In this document: piece after piece, positions 61,623 to 64,000 of the stretch | Numbering within the stretch: the stretch's first letter is position 1 | Layout: each line of letters starts with the position of its first letter | Source of the DNA: Podarcis pityusensis | Lineage: Eukaryota | Length of the DNA: 64,000 nt | Reading direction: 5' to 3' (one strand) | NCBI GenBank assembly: GCA_964106645.2 | Contig: OZ067039.1 | Program-made: the position numbers and the translations under genes | The notes under the pieces: model-generated | Told to the model about the DNA's origin: nothing | Seen by the model: only the letters and a program-made list of their open reading frames with translations | The model's database searches: none

Positions 61623-63629
61623 AAAAATGTCTCACACCATAATTTTTAGGTTCCAGTGAGCCTCTTCTCCGAAGAAGAAGAGCTATCATCCCCCCCCCCC
61701 CCGAATACCAGGATCACTTGGTGTGGAAGGGATGGGATGGGATGTGGGGTAGAAGGAAGATTGCTTCTGAAATACTGGGTTTTGGTGGCAGAAAATGGTA
61801 AGCTAGCACATGGCTTCAGCCCCTGTTTTGTCCCCTACCTTCACCATGTACCATTAGGCTTAGCCTGAACTCAAACCACTGTGTGTTTAAGCGAAGGTGT
61901 GTGTTTCTATTCAGGGATTCTAGACGGGATGAGATGATGTCAGTGCAGTGGCCTACTACTGTAATCTTAAATTATCAGTGAAGGGAGTTGAGTAAGAAGG
62001 TGTATGCTATTGAATTCTGAACATTTGTCTTAATATGAGTAGTATGCATACAGATATTTAAAGGTGCCACCATTCGTGTGAGCAAAGTAATAGAAAAATC
62101 CGGGAACACTGTATGCAGATAGTTTGTATAAATACCCTTGGTTAAGGGATGTCAAGTGCTTCAGATCTGACAACTAAATTAGGCTGTGGGAGCCATTCTC
62201 TAATAAACCTGAGAGGATGAGCTAGAGGGTGGGGCACTTCTGGACCTGGTTGTCTAACCCGTGTAGCCAATCTACCATATTATTTTTCTGTTACTACCAC
62301 CCTTGCTACTCTGTGCTTGAAATGAATTAAACACTGAGCTGGTAAGTAGGAGTAAATTCACTCCATGGCTGTCTGCACATACCGTGGGTGTAATTTAACA
62401 GTGATGCATCAGCGCCTTTCAAAGTGGCATCTCACTTAGTCAGAAAAAAAATGGAGGAGATAGGAAGCCAGAGGTCTGGCGAAGTGTGTCAAGGTGCTTT
62501 ATAGAGCCAACAAAATCTATAAAACAAAAGAGCCTGACAGCTAGAAGAAATGGACTGCCTAGAGCAGCACTCTTTCTGCTCATGTGATTCAGTGCACCTC
62601 TTCCAAAAATATATTAGGGCTGAAATTTGAAAGATGCACAAAGAAGCAGCTGTTTTTCCGGGAGGCAGCCGGCGTGTTTATTTCATTATTTTTAATAATG
62701 GGAGACCAAGTGTTTCTGACATCGATTGCTTGATGAGCCATTAATTCTTCCATCCAACAAACAGAAGCCACACATTCCAAGCTACATCCATGACCTGTCC
62801 GTACATTAAAAGCTGCCATGTGGAGGCACAAGACTGAATCACACCATAGTTCTGTGAATCTACTGTTACTCAAGTTAGCATTTTGTTAAGAGAGTAGTGG
62901 AGCAACCCAAATCCCCTTTGCGCCACCAGGCTGGTTGCATTTCTGTTGAACTGGACAGAGGTGTCTCTCTGCCAAGCCCTGGTAGCCTCCCATTGGATGC
63001 TGCCTGCAGAGTGATGCCAGTGTGACTTCACTACCACAAAGATCCCATTTCCAGCTGCCAAGTGTGGGGGTGGAAGCATCTTTGGCAGTATCCCCAAGAG
63101 CACCAGCCAGTGGAAATCCATGCAATGGAGCTTGCCATGGGCTTTGTTGGTCCAGGATCCATTGGACCTTGAGCCAGTCCTGCTGCTCTCATGTGATGGC
63201 ACTGGATCCCATTTGAACCAATTACTGCATGAGCTCCAGGCTAGCATAATAATCTGTTTGTCCCACCCCCCTTTGCCCTGGGTGTGGCAGGGCTGTGGAT
63301 GTGGTGGTGCCCCCACCACTCTGTGAAGGCTCGCCAGGCAGCAGAGGCACTTAGGATTACAGTTCAAGGCAGTTTACTAGCAGAGCGCAAGAGGAACTAA
63401 TAACCCATAACAAATGGTTTTCACTTTCCAACTTACACCCACAGCAGTAAAAGTAAAATAGAATAAGAAACAGAAAGCTGAGTTTGATCTTCCTGCTTTT
63501 TAGGTCACTAGAAATGGTTGGAAGGAAGACACTCCACAATCTGGGAGAAAATAAAAACTTCTTGATCAGTGTGGTTTGTGCCACTTCTTGGCATCCATCT
63601 CAAAAGATACATTCTCTCTATGTGTCATG

Positions 63630-63658
63630 GTGTGTGTGTGTGTGTGTGTGTGTGTGTG
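63630..63658. repeat. (GT)n microsatellite
   Basis: Read directly. Confidence 0.95.
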
Positions 63659-64000
63659 GATATCTAGCTGTGAAAAAAAATGGTCATGTAAATCATTCAA
63701 AAGGAGACGGTATGTTGGCAACCTAAAATTGTCTCCTTGACAACAACCCACATTACAAATGAGCAAATAATTATTACTGTAGCTCATCCGTTTCTTTATC
63801 ACAGTCAAATATTTATGTACAGAGAGGACTGAAAGCTGTATTCTGGGATAACATGTCATTTGAAGTGGTTCTGTGGGTACCGCCAAATTCCTCCCCCATC
63901 AGAAAAACAGTCAAAGTGTTACAAGAATATAAAACAATAAAAAATACAACCACACAATAAAAACAAATATAAAAGCAGCAGATTTTTTTTTAAAAATAGC

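Overview
Repeat-rich vertebrate non-coding DNA, most likely from a lacertid lizard (inferred from Sauria SINE, Squam3-like SINE, Bov-B and squamate-type L2/L1/CR1 copies). I recognise no host exon. The main feature is a complete, very young Ty3/Gypsy chromovirus of the Tf1/sushi type on the minus strand (21054-27580). It has two 784-bp LTRs with only 5 differences seen, a CACGT target-site duplication, and intact gag and pol joined by a PEG10-type GGGAAAC -1 frameshift with a predicted pseudoknot. Two things about it are unusual. First, it has no tRNA primer site; an 11-nt PBS is instead complementary to the predicted first 11 nt of its own transcript (Tf1-style self-priming). Second, pol does not stop after the chromodomain but continues about 360 codons through the PPT and the whole U3 of the 3' LTR, encoding an acidic/Ser-rich tail that ends in an NLS-like basic cluster. 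The rest is truncated LINEs (RTE, Bov-B, L1, L2, CR1), SINEs, hAT and Tc/pogo-type MITEs, microsatellites, and unique AT-rich blocks that may be conserved enhancers.
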